This document shows positions 35,192 to 46,633 of a stretch of 64,000 nucleotides of DNA, in pieces. The notes below the pieces were generated by a model that made no database searches, had not been told where the DNA came from, and saw only the letters and a list, made by a program, of their open reading frames with translations. This DNA comes from a bacterium (GTDB lineage: Bacteria > Verrucomicrobiota > Verrucomicrobiia > Limisphaerales > RI-55): positions 66,426 through 130,425 of the forward strand of contig JANLTG010000126.1 in NCBI GenBank assembly GCA_031362805.1, written 5' to 3'. Position 1 is the first letter of the stretch, and each line of letters opens with the position of its first letter. Made by a program: the position numbers and the translations under genes.

Positions 35192-35632
35192 ATGTGTTAC
35201 GAGGAATTCGGCCGACTGAGGTTCCTCGACTTTTTCCCAAGAACATCGACGTACGAAGAGGATGACGTCGGCGGGATTGACTACGGAACCGGGTACGCCT
35301 GCAAAGCAGGTTACCAGTCAACGCTCTTTGCAAGACGTGAGAAACGCAACGAGACAACTGTGATACTGCTTGAGTTTGGCGATGACTGCCCGGAGGCGGA
35401 AGGTCACGCGCTCCTCGACGCGCTCGGACTAAACTTGCGGGAAGGGATGCGACACGAGCAGCTCGTAGCCCGGTTGGGCGTTCCAGAACGGGATGATCGG
35501 CAGTTCATCAGGTTCATTGTCGGCGACCATTGGCCCTATTACGTGGGTTGCAGCATTGACGATCAGGCTGGCTTGTTCCGTGTCTGGATTGCACGTAAAG
35601 ACTTGGTGGATGAGAACGAGGCCACTATGTGA
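35192..35632 (+). CDS. Candidate immunity protein for the WHH toxin
   Basis: Acidic 146-aa ORF starting 10 nt after the toxin stop. Family not recognised. Confidence 0.6.
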   Translation: MCYEEFGRLRFLDFFPRTSTYEEDDVGGIDYGTGYACKAGYQSTLFARREKRNETTVILLEFGDDCPEAEGHALLDALGLNLREGMRHEQLVARLGVPERDDRQFIRFIVGDHWPYYVGCSIDDQAGLFRVWIARKDLVDENEATM

Positions 35633-35802
35633 CTCAAGGCCGTCCACAAGGCCACTCACCCAGCGGAACAGGGTTGGAACCCTGACCCGCTCGCCGCTCA
35701 CGGAACGATCGCGATCACTGCTCCGGAGATTGCCGCGCTGCGGGGTGGACTGGCCATGGACCTCCGGGCCTTTGCCCGGTTGCTAAATCTTTCGGTGCGG
35801 GC
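35633..35802 (+). pseudogene. Truncated paralogous copy of the HTH gene at 39164-39469, inverted orientation
   Basis: Translates LKAVHKATHPAEQGWNPDPLAAHG...MDLRAFARLLNL; 26 mismatches in 170 bp against the reverse complement of 39285-39454 (manual count); no start codon. Confidence 0.85.
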
Positions 35803-35957
35803 GATCATCTACGTCTCCACTTCCACCCGCCGATCCTCCGTCAACAGGGGCGTGGTCTGACGCTTACGGTTGCGTCGCCGCCGCCGGAGTAGAACCATCA
35901 GGGTTGGTATTCATAGGGGCAGACATTGTGGAGCGCTCGTGAGCCCCGTGTCTGCCC

Positions 35958-36500
35958 TCATGTTTTCCTTACATTCAGCAAGGCATCGAGACTCCCCTGG
36001 AACAGTTCACTCGGTCGCGGCGGCAAACGCTGTCCGGCACCAATCGTTCCAACGCTGTTCACTGTCTCGCGTCCGATTGATTTTAGCGAGAGAACGAGAC
36101 CGCTGGATGGTGAACGCACCAATTCAAAATGCTTGAACCAAGCGTTGCGCTCCCAAAGCTCGTCGATGTCTAAGAACTCAGTTGTGACGACGTGCGGATC
36201 GTAAAGCCACTGGCCCCACAAAACGAGAAGCTCGTTCTGCCCGAGTTCAAAAAACAGGATCGGCCCTTCGTCGTTACACTCCTCGCCGACTGCGAATCGG
36301 TTTCCTTCGACAGTTAGAACCTCGACGGTTCCAGCGTGATGGTCAGATTCAAGGTGGTGGCGGCCTTCCACTACAGTCTTGTCACGAACGACCACCTGAA
36401 TGATACGACCCAACCAGCGAGGCTCTGGATTCAAATGCAGTAACACCGTTTTCCTCTCCGCCTCAGTCATCGTTCTTGTTGTTCGCGAGAGCCCCATCAC
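35958..36500 (-). CDS. Hypothetical protein, possible immunity or accessory protein
   Basis: 180-aa lower-GC ORF at the end of the toxin operon. Confidence 0.55.
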   Translation of the reverse strand: MMGLSRTTRTMTEAERKTVLLHLNPEPRWLGRIIQVVVRDKTVVEGRHHLESDHHAGTVEVLTVEGNRFAVGEECNDEGPILFFELGQNELLVLWGQWLYDPHVVTTEFLDIDELWERNAWFKHFELVRSPSSGLVLSLKSIGRETVNSVGTIGAGQRLPPRPSELFQGSLDALLNVRKT

Positions 36501-36504
36501 ACAC

Positions 36505-36729
36505 CTACTTTCTACCGTTCTTAAATGGGTTTACGAAAGCATGGATGATCTCAATGAGCCCTGCCACAGCGAAGATAAGTGGAGGCACTCGGCGGCGCGT
36601 TGTCTGGTAAATAAGCGCAGCCAGGGCAAGCGAAACAATAGCGAGACAGAGATGTGTCCAGAAGTGGGTGCGGCGTGCTCGTTCCACCCGATCGGGCTGA
36701 GGTGTATGTTGGTCTTCTCCAGTTTTCAT
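36505..36729 (-). CDS. Small two-TM membrane protein, candidate immunity protein
   Basis: Starts 10 nt after the toxin stop; two hydrophobic segments. Confidence 0.55.
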   Translation of the reverse strand: MKTGEDQHTPQPDRVERARRTHFWTHLCLAIVSLALAALIYQTTRRRVPPLIFAVAGLIEIIHAFVNPFKNGRK

Positions 36730-36739
36730 TTCACTGTGG

Positions 36740-37492
36740 CTATGGGTTTAGCGGACCGGGACCAAGCGTTGGCAGGTCGTCCATTTCGCCCTCGGTGAGT
36801 TCCCGCAGATCCTCAAATCCTCGATCATTCTCCCAATCGGAAGGCGTCAACTCAAACTGCTCAATCACAGGTTCAGCGTTGTTGCTATCGTTGCCAATAG
36901 TTGCCGCCTCGTGGATGGCCAAGGGTATCGCAATCCTAATTCCCCACTCGACGGTGTAGGCGATAACCATGCGGTAGCCACCCCAGTTGACCGCGAAGCC
37001 AATCCACTGGTTCAGCCCCAAGTTGCCCGACAAAACATGCGGCATTTCTAACAGATTGAAACCTGCGTTGCGTAAGCCTTGCGGAACACGTGACCACTTC
37101 TGCGCAATGAGCCAATGATGCAGACTCCTGCCATTGGCAGGCCCGTTTGCTTTCCAATACGCACGGCTGACAGCTTGAAACCGCTGATTGTTCCAGAAGA
37201 ACTGTCTGGCCTTGGTTAATGCTCGTCCGGCTCGAACGCCAACCTGGGTCGCTATTCGCAGTCCAGTCGCGATGCTGCTGTTCAGGCTCGTGAGGTTGAA
37301 CTCGTGCCCCGACGGGTCCACGCCGTTCACAGGGTCAGCGTGCGCATAGAGGTATATGCGGGAATGCGGTGCGGTGGCGGCCTCACCCCACGGCCGCGCA
37401 GAGAGAGCGAATGCCGAAGGGACGAATGAAAGCCCGCCGAGGATCAGGCTGAGAAAGAACACCATGCTTCGGGCGAGCGCGACTTGCCGCAT
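36740..37492 (-). CDS. Signal-peptide mini-RHS toxin with an HNH-like (LHHW...NAGFNL) tip
   Basis: Signal peptide MRQVALARSMVFFLSLILGGLSFVPSAFA, then APHSRIYLYAHADPVNGVDPSGHE, then a variable tip. Confidence 0.7.
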   Translation of the reverse strand: MRQVALARSMVFFLSLILGGLSFVPSAFALSARPWGEAATAPHSRIYLYAHADPVNGVDPSGHEFNLTSLNSSIATGLRIATQVGVRAGRALTKARQFFWNNQRFQAVSRAYWKANGPANGRSLHHWLIAQKWSRVPQGLRNAGFNLLEMPHVLSGNLGLNQWIGFAVNWGGYRMVIAYTVEWGIRIAIPLAIHEAATIGNDSNNAEPVIEQFELTPSDWENDRGFEDLRELTEGEMDDLPTLGPGPLNP

Positions 37493-37706
37493 GACATGTT
37501 CATGCTGTCGAACAGTGGCACCGGCGACAAGTTTTCCGCGTCGAATTGCCGGCCTCACAATGCGGTTCAGTCGACATTGAGCTGAGTGGCCCGCAGCGGA
37601 CGGAGGGAACGCGATGTCATTTTGCGGGCGAAAACCAGCGACTTATTTGCGGGTCAAAATCACCTACCCCGAGGTGGGTCCAGTTCATATCAGGTTGGGC
37701 GGAATT

Positions 37707-38486
37707 TCAACCAGTCAATTGTTCCAAATCTAGTCCTTCGAGCAGTGCCGGAAAGAGATCGAACATGCGTTGGCAGTGGTCTGTTATCATCGTGCAGACG
37801 GCTTCAACGTTTTCCATAGCAATGTTGTCCCAACCGGATCCGATTCCCAACTCGTTTCCATAATTTAATCCCATGCTAAGGCTGTTGAATGGTAGAATTG
37901 CTGGCTCTTGCTTAGTGATCCATTTGCCATTCCAAACATCATGCTGATAGCTTATCTCTGGCTCCCACCTACCAAAATCAAAATACGTCTTGACGATCCA
38001 TCCACGACATTTCATCTGATATTGTAAGCCAGCCTTGTCAGCGAAGATATCTGGAGGTATGCATTGATCTCCAAAGACCATCAAGAAGTGGTCCTTTACT
38101 GCCTTTTTTAGCTGTCGGCGCGTCGCTAGTATTGGTTTGCTGGCCGCGTTCGCTGGCATGAACATTCCTTCCCAAGTTCCAGGGCTCGTTCTGAGGCGGA
38201 AGCCTTCCTCTCGCCGCATTAACACACCCGCCTCTTCTGAGGTCTCTAAACTCAATGCCTTAGCAGCAATCGGATGCCTGGCAACGAGCAGCGCTTGGGC
38301 GAGCACTGCTCGTGAATTCGCAGCCAAGCTTGCAATAAACTTGCATCTTCTGGATGGCCATTCTTTGCAAAACTGAAAACTCGGAAACGACTCCTCTGTC
38401 TCTAGCTTCTGAGCGGCCGCGGCCCAGTGGTAGAGCCGAATGCAAAACTCAGTTTGAGCTTCAACGTAGGTCATGAATGGACGCAT
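37707..38486 (-). CDS. Candidate immunity protein for the PD-(D/E)xK toxin
   Basis: 259-aa low-GC ORF starting 9 nt after the toxin stop. Confidence 0.6.
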   Translation of the reverse strand: MRPFMTYVEAQTEFCIRLYHWAAAAQKLETEESFPSFQFCKEWPSRRCKFIASLAANSRAVLAQALLVARHPIAAKALSLETSEEAGVLMRREEGFRLRTSPGTWEGMFMPANAASKPILATRRQLKKAVKDHFLMVFGDQCIPPDIFADKAGLQYQMKCRGWIVKTYFDFGRWEPEISYQHDVWNGKWITKQEPAILPFNSLSMGLNYGNELGIGSGWDNIAMENVEAVCTMITDHCQRMFDLFPALLEGLDLEQLTG

Positions 38487-38495
38487 TTGTCAGGT

Positions 38496-39167
38496 TCAAA
38501 ACTTTCCAATCATAGAGAGAATGGTGGCTATTCCCACATGCTGCTGAAGGCGAGCTTGGTCGGACACACGAGCACTTCTCACTCCCTTTTTAGCAATGTC
38601 TTGGATAGTTTGGATTTCGTAGAAAATCATCCCTCCGACAGGAGGACTCACGAACGCAATTCCCAAACTAAGGTTCACGACCCTTGGTGGATCCCACGTA
38701 CTCCCAGGGTGCCATCCCCCGCTTGGATCCAACTCATTAAAGGCCCATATATAGCCCCACAACTGAAAGATGCCCGCAAGTCCATAAGCCGACATGGGTT
38801 TGATTTCATATATTTCTTTTGTGTATCCATCAACAAGATCGGGTAACAAACTTTCAATTCGTCTTGGTAGCGGAATCCTCAATCGATCAGCGATCGTCGA
38901 GATTGCTCTTGAAGAGAATCGAAGCTGACCTGGGGGTGGGGGATTGCCGACGAACATTTCGCCTAGTTTCTTGTGCAGCTCCTTTCCTAGCTTGGTCTTC
39001 AAAGTTTCATGGCCGCTGGGATCCGCGCCATTCACCGGGTCGGCATGCGCATAGAGGTATATGCGGGAATGCGGTGCTCCCGAGTAGAAAGCCGACGAGC
39101 ACACCGCAGGATGGAACGTGGCTACGGCGATCAGGAGGGCCAGCAGGAAGTGGAGGAGACGGTTCAC
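38496..39167 (-). CDS. Signal-peptide mini-RHS toxin with a PD-(D/E)xK restriction-endonuclease-fold tip
   Basis: GTG start overlapping the HTH gene TGA (GTGA); signal peptide MNRLLHFLLALLIAVATFHPAVCSSA; APHSRIYLYAHADPVNGADPSGHE; tip G..LH...PDLVD....EIYEIKP...QL..Y. Confidence 0.75.
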   Translation of the reverse strand: MNRLLHFLLALLIAVATFHPAVCSSAFYSGAPHSRIYLYAHADPVNGADPSGHETLKTKLGKELHKKLGEMFVGNPPPPGQLRFSSRAISTIADRLRIPLPRRIESLLPDLVDGYTKEIYEIKPMSAYGLAGIFQLWGYIWAFNELDPSGGWHPGSTWDPPRVVNLSLGIAFVSPPVGGMIFYEIQTIQDIAKKGVRSARVSDQARLQQHVGIATILSMIGKF

Positions 39168-39469
39168 GATGACAGAAGTGACGCTTGAATCGCTCGCCCC
39201 AGACTGGGGTTGCTCCGCAGGATTTGCAACAATCGCAGCAGCGGTCCGCCGGCCTGTGAGCGGCCTGATTCCAGGCGGGTGAGTGCCCGCTCCGGGAGAT
39301 TCAGCAACCGGGCAAAGGCCCGGAGATCCATTCCCAGTCCACCCCGCAGCACGGCGATCTCCGGAGCTGTGATGGTGGACATTCCGTGGGAGGCGAGTTG
39401 GTCGGGGTTCCAACCCTGTTCAGCCGGGTGGGTGGCCCGGTGAACGGCCTTGAGCTTCTCGATGCTCAC
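39164..39469 (-). CDS. XRE/HigA-like helix-turn-helix protein
   Basis: TAPEIAVLRGGLGMDLRAFARLLNL....L..LESGR...GP...LLQIL..NP. Confidence 0.75.
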   Translation of the reverse strand: MSIEKLKAVHRATHPAEQGWNPDQLASHGMSTITAPEIAVLRGGLGMDLRAFARLLNLPERALTRLESGRSQAGGPLLRLLQILRSNPSLGRAIQASLLSS

Positions 39470-39509
39470 GTGGGCACCGAGCTAGATCCGAGCAAATCCC
39501 GCCATCTCG

Positions 39510-42185
39510 TTACGGTGCCGGCGGCAACCCATCGGCCGGCGCCGAAGGTTCTTCATCCACCTTCTCCTCTGCGATCACGGGGGCAATGGCCTGAAGCTTG
39601 TCGCCGGCGTCGAGGTTGACGAGCTTCACGCCCATCGTGTTGCGACCGGCTTCACGGATGTCGGCCACGCCGGTGCGCACCATCTGGCCGCCCGTCGTGA
39701 TCAACATGATCTCGTCCTCGTTATGCACGGTCAACGCACCCACGACACTGCCGGTCTTGTCGGTCGTTTTCATGGTGATGATGCCTTTGCCGCCGCGTGA
39801 TTGAACGCGGTACTCGCTGAAGTCCGTCCGCTTGCCAATGCCGTTCTCACCGGCCACCAGCAACGTCGCGCCTTGAATCACGATCGCCGCAGCCACCACC
39901 GCGTCATCCGCCTCGAGACTGATGCCGCGCACACCGGTGGCGTTGCGGCCCATCGAGCGGACATCGGATTCGCTGAACCGGATGCTCATGCCGGTGCGGG
40001 TGATGAGCACCACGTCGTCACCGGCGTCCTTCACGGCTTCGCCTTCCAGCACGGCGCCGCGTGTCAGCTTCACCTCGATCAACGTGTCGCCCGGCTCGAT
40101 GCTGATGGCGATGATGCCGCCCTTGCGCACATTGCCGAACTCGTTCAACGACGTCTTCTTCACCGTGCCCTGGCGCGTGGCGAAGAACAGCTCACCGGAC
40201 TGCTGCCAGGTGGTGTCCTCGCCCGCGTCGTTCTGGCTGGCGCCAATCCGGATCAGGGCGGCGATCTTTTCGTCGGTCCGCAACTCGAGGAGGTTCGCGA
40301 TGCTGCGGCCTTTCGAGGTGCGCGCGGCGTCCGGCACTTCGTGGACGCGCTCGACGTACGCGCGACCGGTGTTCGTGAAGAACATCAGGTAATCGTGCGT
40401 GCTGGCCGTGAACAGGTGCTCGATGAAGTCCGCGTCCTGCCCTTCGACGACGGAGTCTTCCCGCGTGCCCATGCCGATGACGCCTTTGCCGCCACGCTTC
40501 TGCGCGCGATACTCGCTGGCGTTGGTGCGCTTGATCAAACCGGCGTGTGAGAGGGTGATGATCACGCCTTCGTTGGCGATCAGATCCTCGATCGCGATCT
40601 CGCCCTCGTCGGGCACCAGTTCGGTCGAGCGCGGCGAGGCGTGCTTGGCCTGGATGGCGCGCAGCTCGGCCTTGATGATCTCGAGCACGCGCGATTCGCG
40701 GGCCAGAATATCGAGCAGATCCTTGATCTTCGCGATCAACTCGCCGTACTCGGCGCGCACCTTGTCGATCTCCAGGCCGGTCAATTGATATAACCGCAGC
40801 TCAAGGATCGAGTTCGCCTGCGCTTCGCTGAACTCGTATCGGCCGTTGGTCAGCCGCGCCTCGCTCCGAATTAAGATGCCCAGCGTCTCGACCTGTTCGC
40901 GGCTGAACTCGTAGGCCAGCAACTTGATTCGCGCCTCGTCGCGATTCGCCGACTTGCGGATGATCTGGATGAACTCGTCGAGGTTCGACAGCGCGATGAT
41001 GTAGCCCTCGAGCACCTCGGCGCGCTCCTCGGCTTTGCGCAGCTCGAAGCGCGTGCGCCGCAACACGACTTCGCGGCGGTGCTCGATGTAGCAATTGATC
41101 AGCTCCTTCAGGTTGAGGACTTTCGGCCGGCCATGATCGATCGCCAGGACGTTCGACGCGAACGTCGTCTCCAGCTGGCTGTGTTTGTAGAGATTGTTGA
41201 TGACCACCTGCGCGATCGCGTCGCGCTTGAGCTCGATGACAATGCGGGTGTTTTCGTCCGACTCGTTCCGCATCGCCGAGATGTCGGTGATGATCTTCTC
41301 GTTCACCAATTCAGCGATGCGTTCCTCGAGTGCGGCGCGATTCACATTGTAAGGAATCTGCGTGATCACGAGCTGCTCGCGCCCGCCCTTCATCGGCTCC
41401 ACACTAATCCGGCCGCGTACTTTCACGCTGCCGCGGCCGGTGTGGAAATACTGCTTGATGCCTTCGATGCCGCAAACCATGCCGCCCGTGGGGAAATCCG
41501 GCCCCTTGATGTGCGTCATCAGTTCAAGAATAGAGATGGCCGGATTGTCGATCTGCGCGCAGACGCCGTTGATCACCTCGCCCAGATTGTGCGGCGGAAT
41601 GTTCGTCGCCATGCCAACCGCGATGCCCGTGCCACCGTTGACCAGCAGGTTGGGAATCGCCGCCGGGAACACGGTCGGCTCCGTCATGCGCTCGTCGTAG
41701 TTCGGCACGAAATCGACGGTGTCCCGGTCCATGTCCTGCATCATGGCGGCGCCGAGATGCGTCAGCCGGGCCTCGGTATAACGCATGGCCGCCGGCGGGT
41801 CGTTTTCGATGGAGCCGAAGTTGCCCTTGCCGTCGACGAGCTTCTCGCGCATCGCCCAGGACTGGGCCATGTGTACCAGCGTGGGATAAATCACCGCTTC
41901 ACCGTGCGGGTGATAGTTACCGCTAGTGTCACCGCAGATCTTGGCGCACTTGTAGGGCTTGCGACCCGGAAACAGCGAGAGCTCGTGCATCGCGTAGAGA
42001 ATGCGCCGCTGCGAGGGCTTCAATCCGTCACGCACGTCGGGCAGCGCGCGCGAAATGATGACCGACATCGAGTAGTCGAGGAACGAGTTCTTGATCTCGT
42101 CGGCGACGTTGATCTTCTGCACCTTTTCGTTGGGCGCGTAGATCGAACCGGTGTTCGGTGCGGGCGGAATGGTATCGTCTGGCAT
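39510..42185 (-). CDS. gyrA: DNA gyrase subunit A
   Basis: [27 protein letters not shown], GyrA-box QKRGGKG, beta-pinwheel repeats. Confidence 0.97.
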   Translation of the reverse strand: MPDDTIPPAPNTGSIYAPNEKVQKINVADEIKNSFLDYSMSVIISRALPDVRDGLKPSQRRILYAMHELSLFPGRKPYKCAKICGDTSGNYHPHGEAVIYPTLVHMAQSWAMREKLVDGKGNFGSIENDPPAAMRYTEARLTHLGAAMMQDMDRDTVDFVPNYDERMTEPTVFPAAIPNLLVNGGTGIAVGMATNIPPHNLGEVINGVCAQIDNPAISILELMTHIKGPDFPTGGMVCGIEGIKQYFHTGRGSVKVRGRISVEPMKGGREQLVITQIPYNVNRAALEERIAELVNEKIITDISAMRNESDENTRIVIELKRDAIAQVVINNLYKHSQLETTFASNVLAIDHGRPKVLNLKELINCYIEHRREVVLRRTRFELRKAEERAEVLEGYIIALSNLDEFIQIIRKSANRDEARIKLLAYEFSREQVETLGILIRSEARLTNGRYEFSEAQANSILELRLYQLTGLEIDKVRAEYGELIAKIKDLLDILARESRVLEIIKAELRAIQAKHASPRSTELVPDEGEIAIEDLIANEGVIITLSHAGLIKRTNASEYRAQKRGGKGVIGMGTREDSVVEGQDADFIEHLFTASTHDYLMFFTNTGRAYVERVHEVPDAARTSKGRSIANLLELRTDEKIAALIRIGASQNDAGEDTTWQQSGELFFATRQGTVKKTSLNEFGNVRKGGIIAISIEPGDTLIEVKLTRGAVLEGEAVKDAGDDVVLITRTGMSIRFSESDVRSMGRNATGVRGISLEADDAVVAAAIVIQGATLLVAGENGIGKRTDFSEYRVQSRGGKGIITMKTTDKTGSVVGALTVHNEDEIMLITTGGQMVRTGVADIREAGRNTMGVKLVNLDAGDKLQAIAPVIAEEKVDEEPSAPADGLPPAP

Positions 42186-42206
42186 GTTGGAAAATGGTGG
42201 TGGCCG

Positions 42207-42644
42207 TCACTGCGGCGATTCTATGGGCGGAAATACGGGCAGGCCCAGGCGGGTGGCTGCCTCCCGCATCCGTTTGTCGGTGGTTAACAGCGGAAACTGC
42301 TGGCAGAGATCAGCACTGGCGACATGAATCGCGTCCAGCGTGCGCACCGGAATGTCCGGGTGACATTGCTTGAGCACGCCGTTCGCCTTGTTTAATGCCA
42401 CCCGGTTCATCGGGATCAGATGAATCGTGCCGCGGCTGACGAGCGCCTGCAGCCGCTCCAGCGCGCGCTCGCGCAAGTCGCGGGGAATGACGCCATTTCG
42501 CTCCTTGGCGAGCAACGCGGCAAACACTTCGGTCAGTGCCAGTTCCGAAGTGTGCAGCACCTGCCCGGCGCAGTACTGGGAAAACATCACGCTGTCGGGT
42601 TCAGGCGACAGCAGCTTCACGAGGATGCAGGAATCCAGATACAT
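42207..42644 (-). CDS. vapC: PIN-domain (VapC) toxin
   Basis: YLDSCILVK, TE, RTLDAIHVASA, TTDKR. Confidence 0.88.
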   Translation of the reverse strand: MYLDSCILVKLLSPEPDSVMFSQYCAGQVLHTSELALTEVFAALLAKERNGVIPRDLRERALERLQALVSRGTIHLIPMNRVALNKANGVLKQCHPDIPVRTLDAIHVASADLCQQFPLLTTDKRMREAATRLGLPVFPPIESPQ

Positions 42645-42648
42645 CGCG

Positions 42649-42990
42649 TCACCACCCTCGCCCGTCCCGATCAGCACGGATCAGCTCTTCGGCGAACGGC
42701 CCCGCCGTCTGCGTAGGCACCGCTTGGAGAAGGTCCCACGCCGGCTCGAAACCGATCTGCTCCGCAGACGCGGCGACCGGCCGCAACACGGCCTTCGGTT
42801 TCCCATCCGAGGTGATGGTGATCGTCGTGCCCGCTGCGACCAACTCCAACAGCGCCGAAAGCTTTGCCTTGGCCGCCCGCACAGGAATTGTCATTCCGTG
42901 CCCCGGCAGCGCCACGGCTTCCTTGAGCATCATTGCCCCGGAGTTCGGCTGGGGGTAAACCACCCCCGCTTTCTTTGTTTTCTTCTTCAC
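42649..42990 (-). CDS. Phd/YefM-family antitoxin
   Basis: VRAAKAKLSALLELVAAG..ITITSDGKPKAVL. Start GTG 42990 or ATG 42894. Confidence 0.85.
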   Translation of the reverse strand: MKKKTKKAGVVYPQPNSGAMMLKEAVALPGHGMTIPVRAAKAKLSALLELVAAGTTITITSDGKPKAVLRPVAASAEQIGFEPAWDLLQAVPTQTAGPFAEELIRADRDGRGW

Positions 42991-42996
42991 GGCTTC

Positions 42997-43026
42997 AATG
43001 TGGTCACGTGTGACCACATTCGTCAA
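42997..43026 (-). promoter_or_regulatory. TA promoter/operator palindrome
   Basis: Perfect 11-bp inverted repeat AATGTGGTCAC-GT-GTGACCACATT adjacent to a minus-strand TTGACG -35. Confidence 0.75.
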
Positions 43027-43035
43027 TTCTTTTTC

Positions 43036-45660
<2,625 letters not shown>

Positions 45661-45782
45661 TTATCGTGGAAAACTCCTGATTTAATCGGCGTTTAAGTTG
45701 GACAAGCAGTTAACTGTTAGAAGCGCCCTGGCTGTGCCCCTTCGCCCCCGGCTCTAGGCAGGTCAACCGCTCACCGCTCCCA

Positions 45783-46550
45783 TCACGGACGCGCCTTCAC
45801 CTGCCGCATCAACGCCTTGGCCCGGCTGATCCAGACCCGGTCACGGCGGCGCTGAAACACCGGCGAATGCTGCTCGTCGGCCAGCGTGTCGGCGAGAATT
45901 CCCCGCGCACGCTCCACGTCGTTACGTTGGATGAGCAACTCGGCCAACTGCACCCGCGCCCGCGGATAGGAGTGATTCTCCAGCACGCGCTCCCAAAGCT
46001 GAATGGCGGAGTCCATCGACCCCAGCTTCATGTGCGTCTCAGCCAGCGCCATGAGCGTGAACCCGTAGTCGTGCTTGGGATCCTGCCGGGCCACCTGTTG
46101 CAATAGTTCGAGCGCTTCGTCCGCCTTGCTGAGCCGCAACAGGCATTGGCCAAGGTGCGCGCGGATGTCGGGATCGTCGCCATCCCGCTTCAATGCCTCG
46201 CGATACGACTGCTCGGCCTTGGCGTACTTGCCTTGTTGGAAGTAAACGTCGCCGAGCTGAAGGTGGTGTTGCGCGTTGTCCAGGTGATGAATCTTCGCCT
46301 CCAGCTCGCGGATGCGCCGGCGGTCCACCATGCCCGGCAATTCAAACCCGGACAGCGACGGCCCCGAGGAATGCAGGCGATAAACGAGGAAGTAATAGAG
46401 GATCGCGCTCAGGCCAAAGCTGTTCCAGTAGAACACCGCCAACCCGATGAACACCGCCCAAAGCCATTCCTCCCGGCGGACGGCGTCGACCAGCATCCAC
46501 ACCTGAAAGGCCAACATCGCCCAACGCACTATGTCGACGGATGAATCCAT
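45783..46550 (-). CDS. Membrane-anchored TPR-repeat protein
   Basis: N-terminal TM helices; TPR patterns LGDVYFQQGKY..AE, LGQCLL, LAETH. Confidence 0.8.
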   Translation of the reverse strand: MDSSVDIVRWAMLAFQVWMLVDAVRREEWLWAVFIGLAVFYWNSFGLSAILYYFLVYRLHSSGPSLSGFELPGMVDRRRIRELEAKIHHLDNAQHHLQLGDVYFQQGKYAKAEQSYREALKRDGDDPDIRAHLGQCLLRLSKADEALELLQQVARQDPKHDYGFTLMALAETHMKLGSMDSAIQLWERVLENHSYPRARVQLAELLIQRNDVERARGILADTLADEQHSPVFQRRRDRVWISRAKALMRQVKARP

Positions 46551-46633
46551 TCGGAATGCGCGGACGCTAGAGATTCACCAGAATCCCGGCAAACATTCTT
46601 TGCCGCCAATGATCAAGCAACTACCCTGCTTCA

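Noticed and set aside
35917-35957. 9-bp inverted repeat GGGCAGACA...TGTCTGCCC after the last toxin-operon gene
   Set aside because: Long loop, no U-tract and no attC boxes; too weak to call.
39168-39413. N-terminal extension of the 305-aa ORF 38496-39413
   Set aside because: It overlaps the HTH gene in another frame; the GTG at 39167 gives a coupled start and a clean signal peptide.
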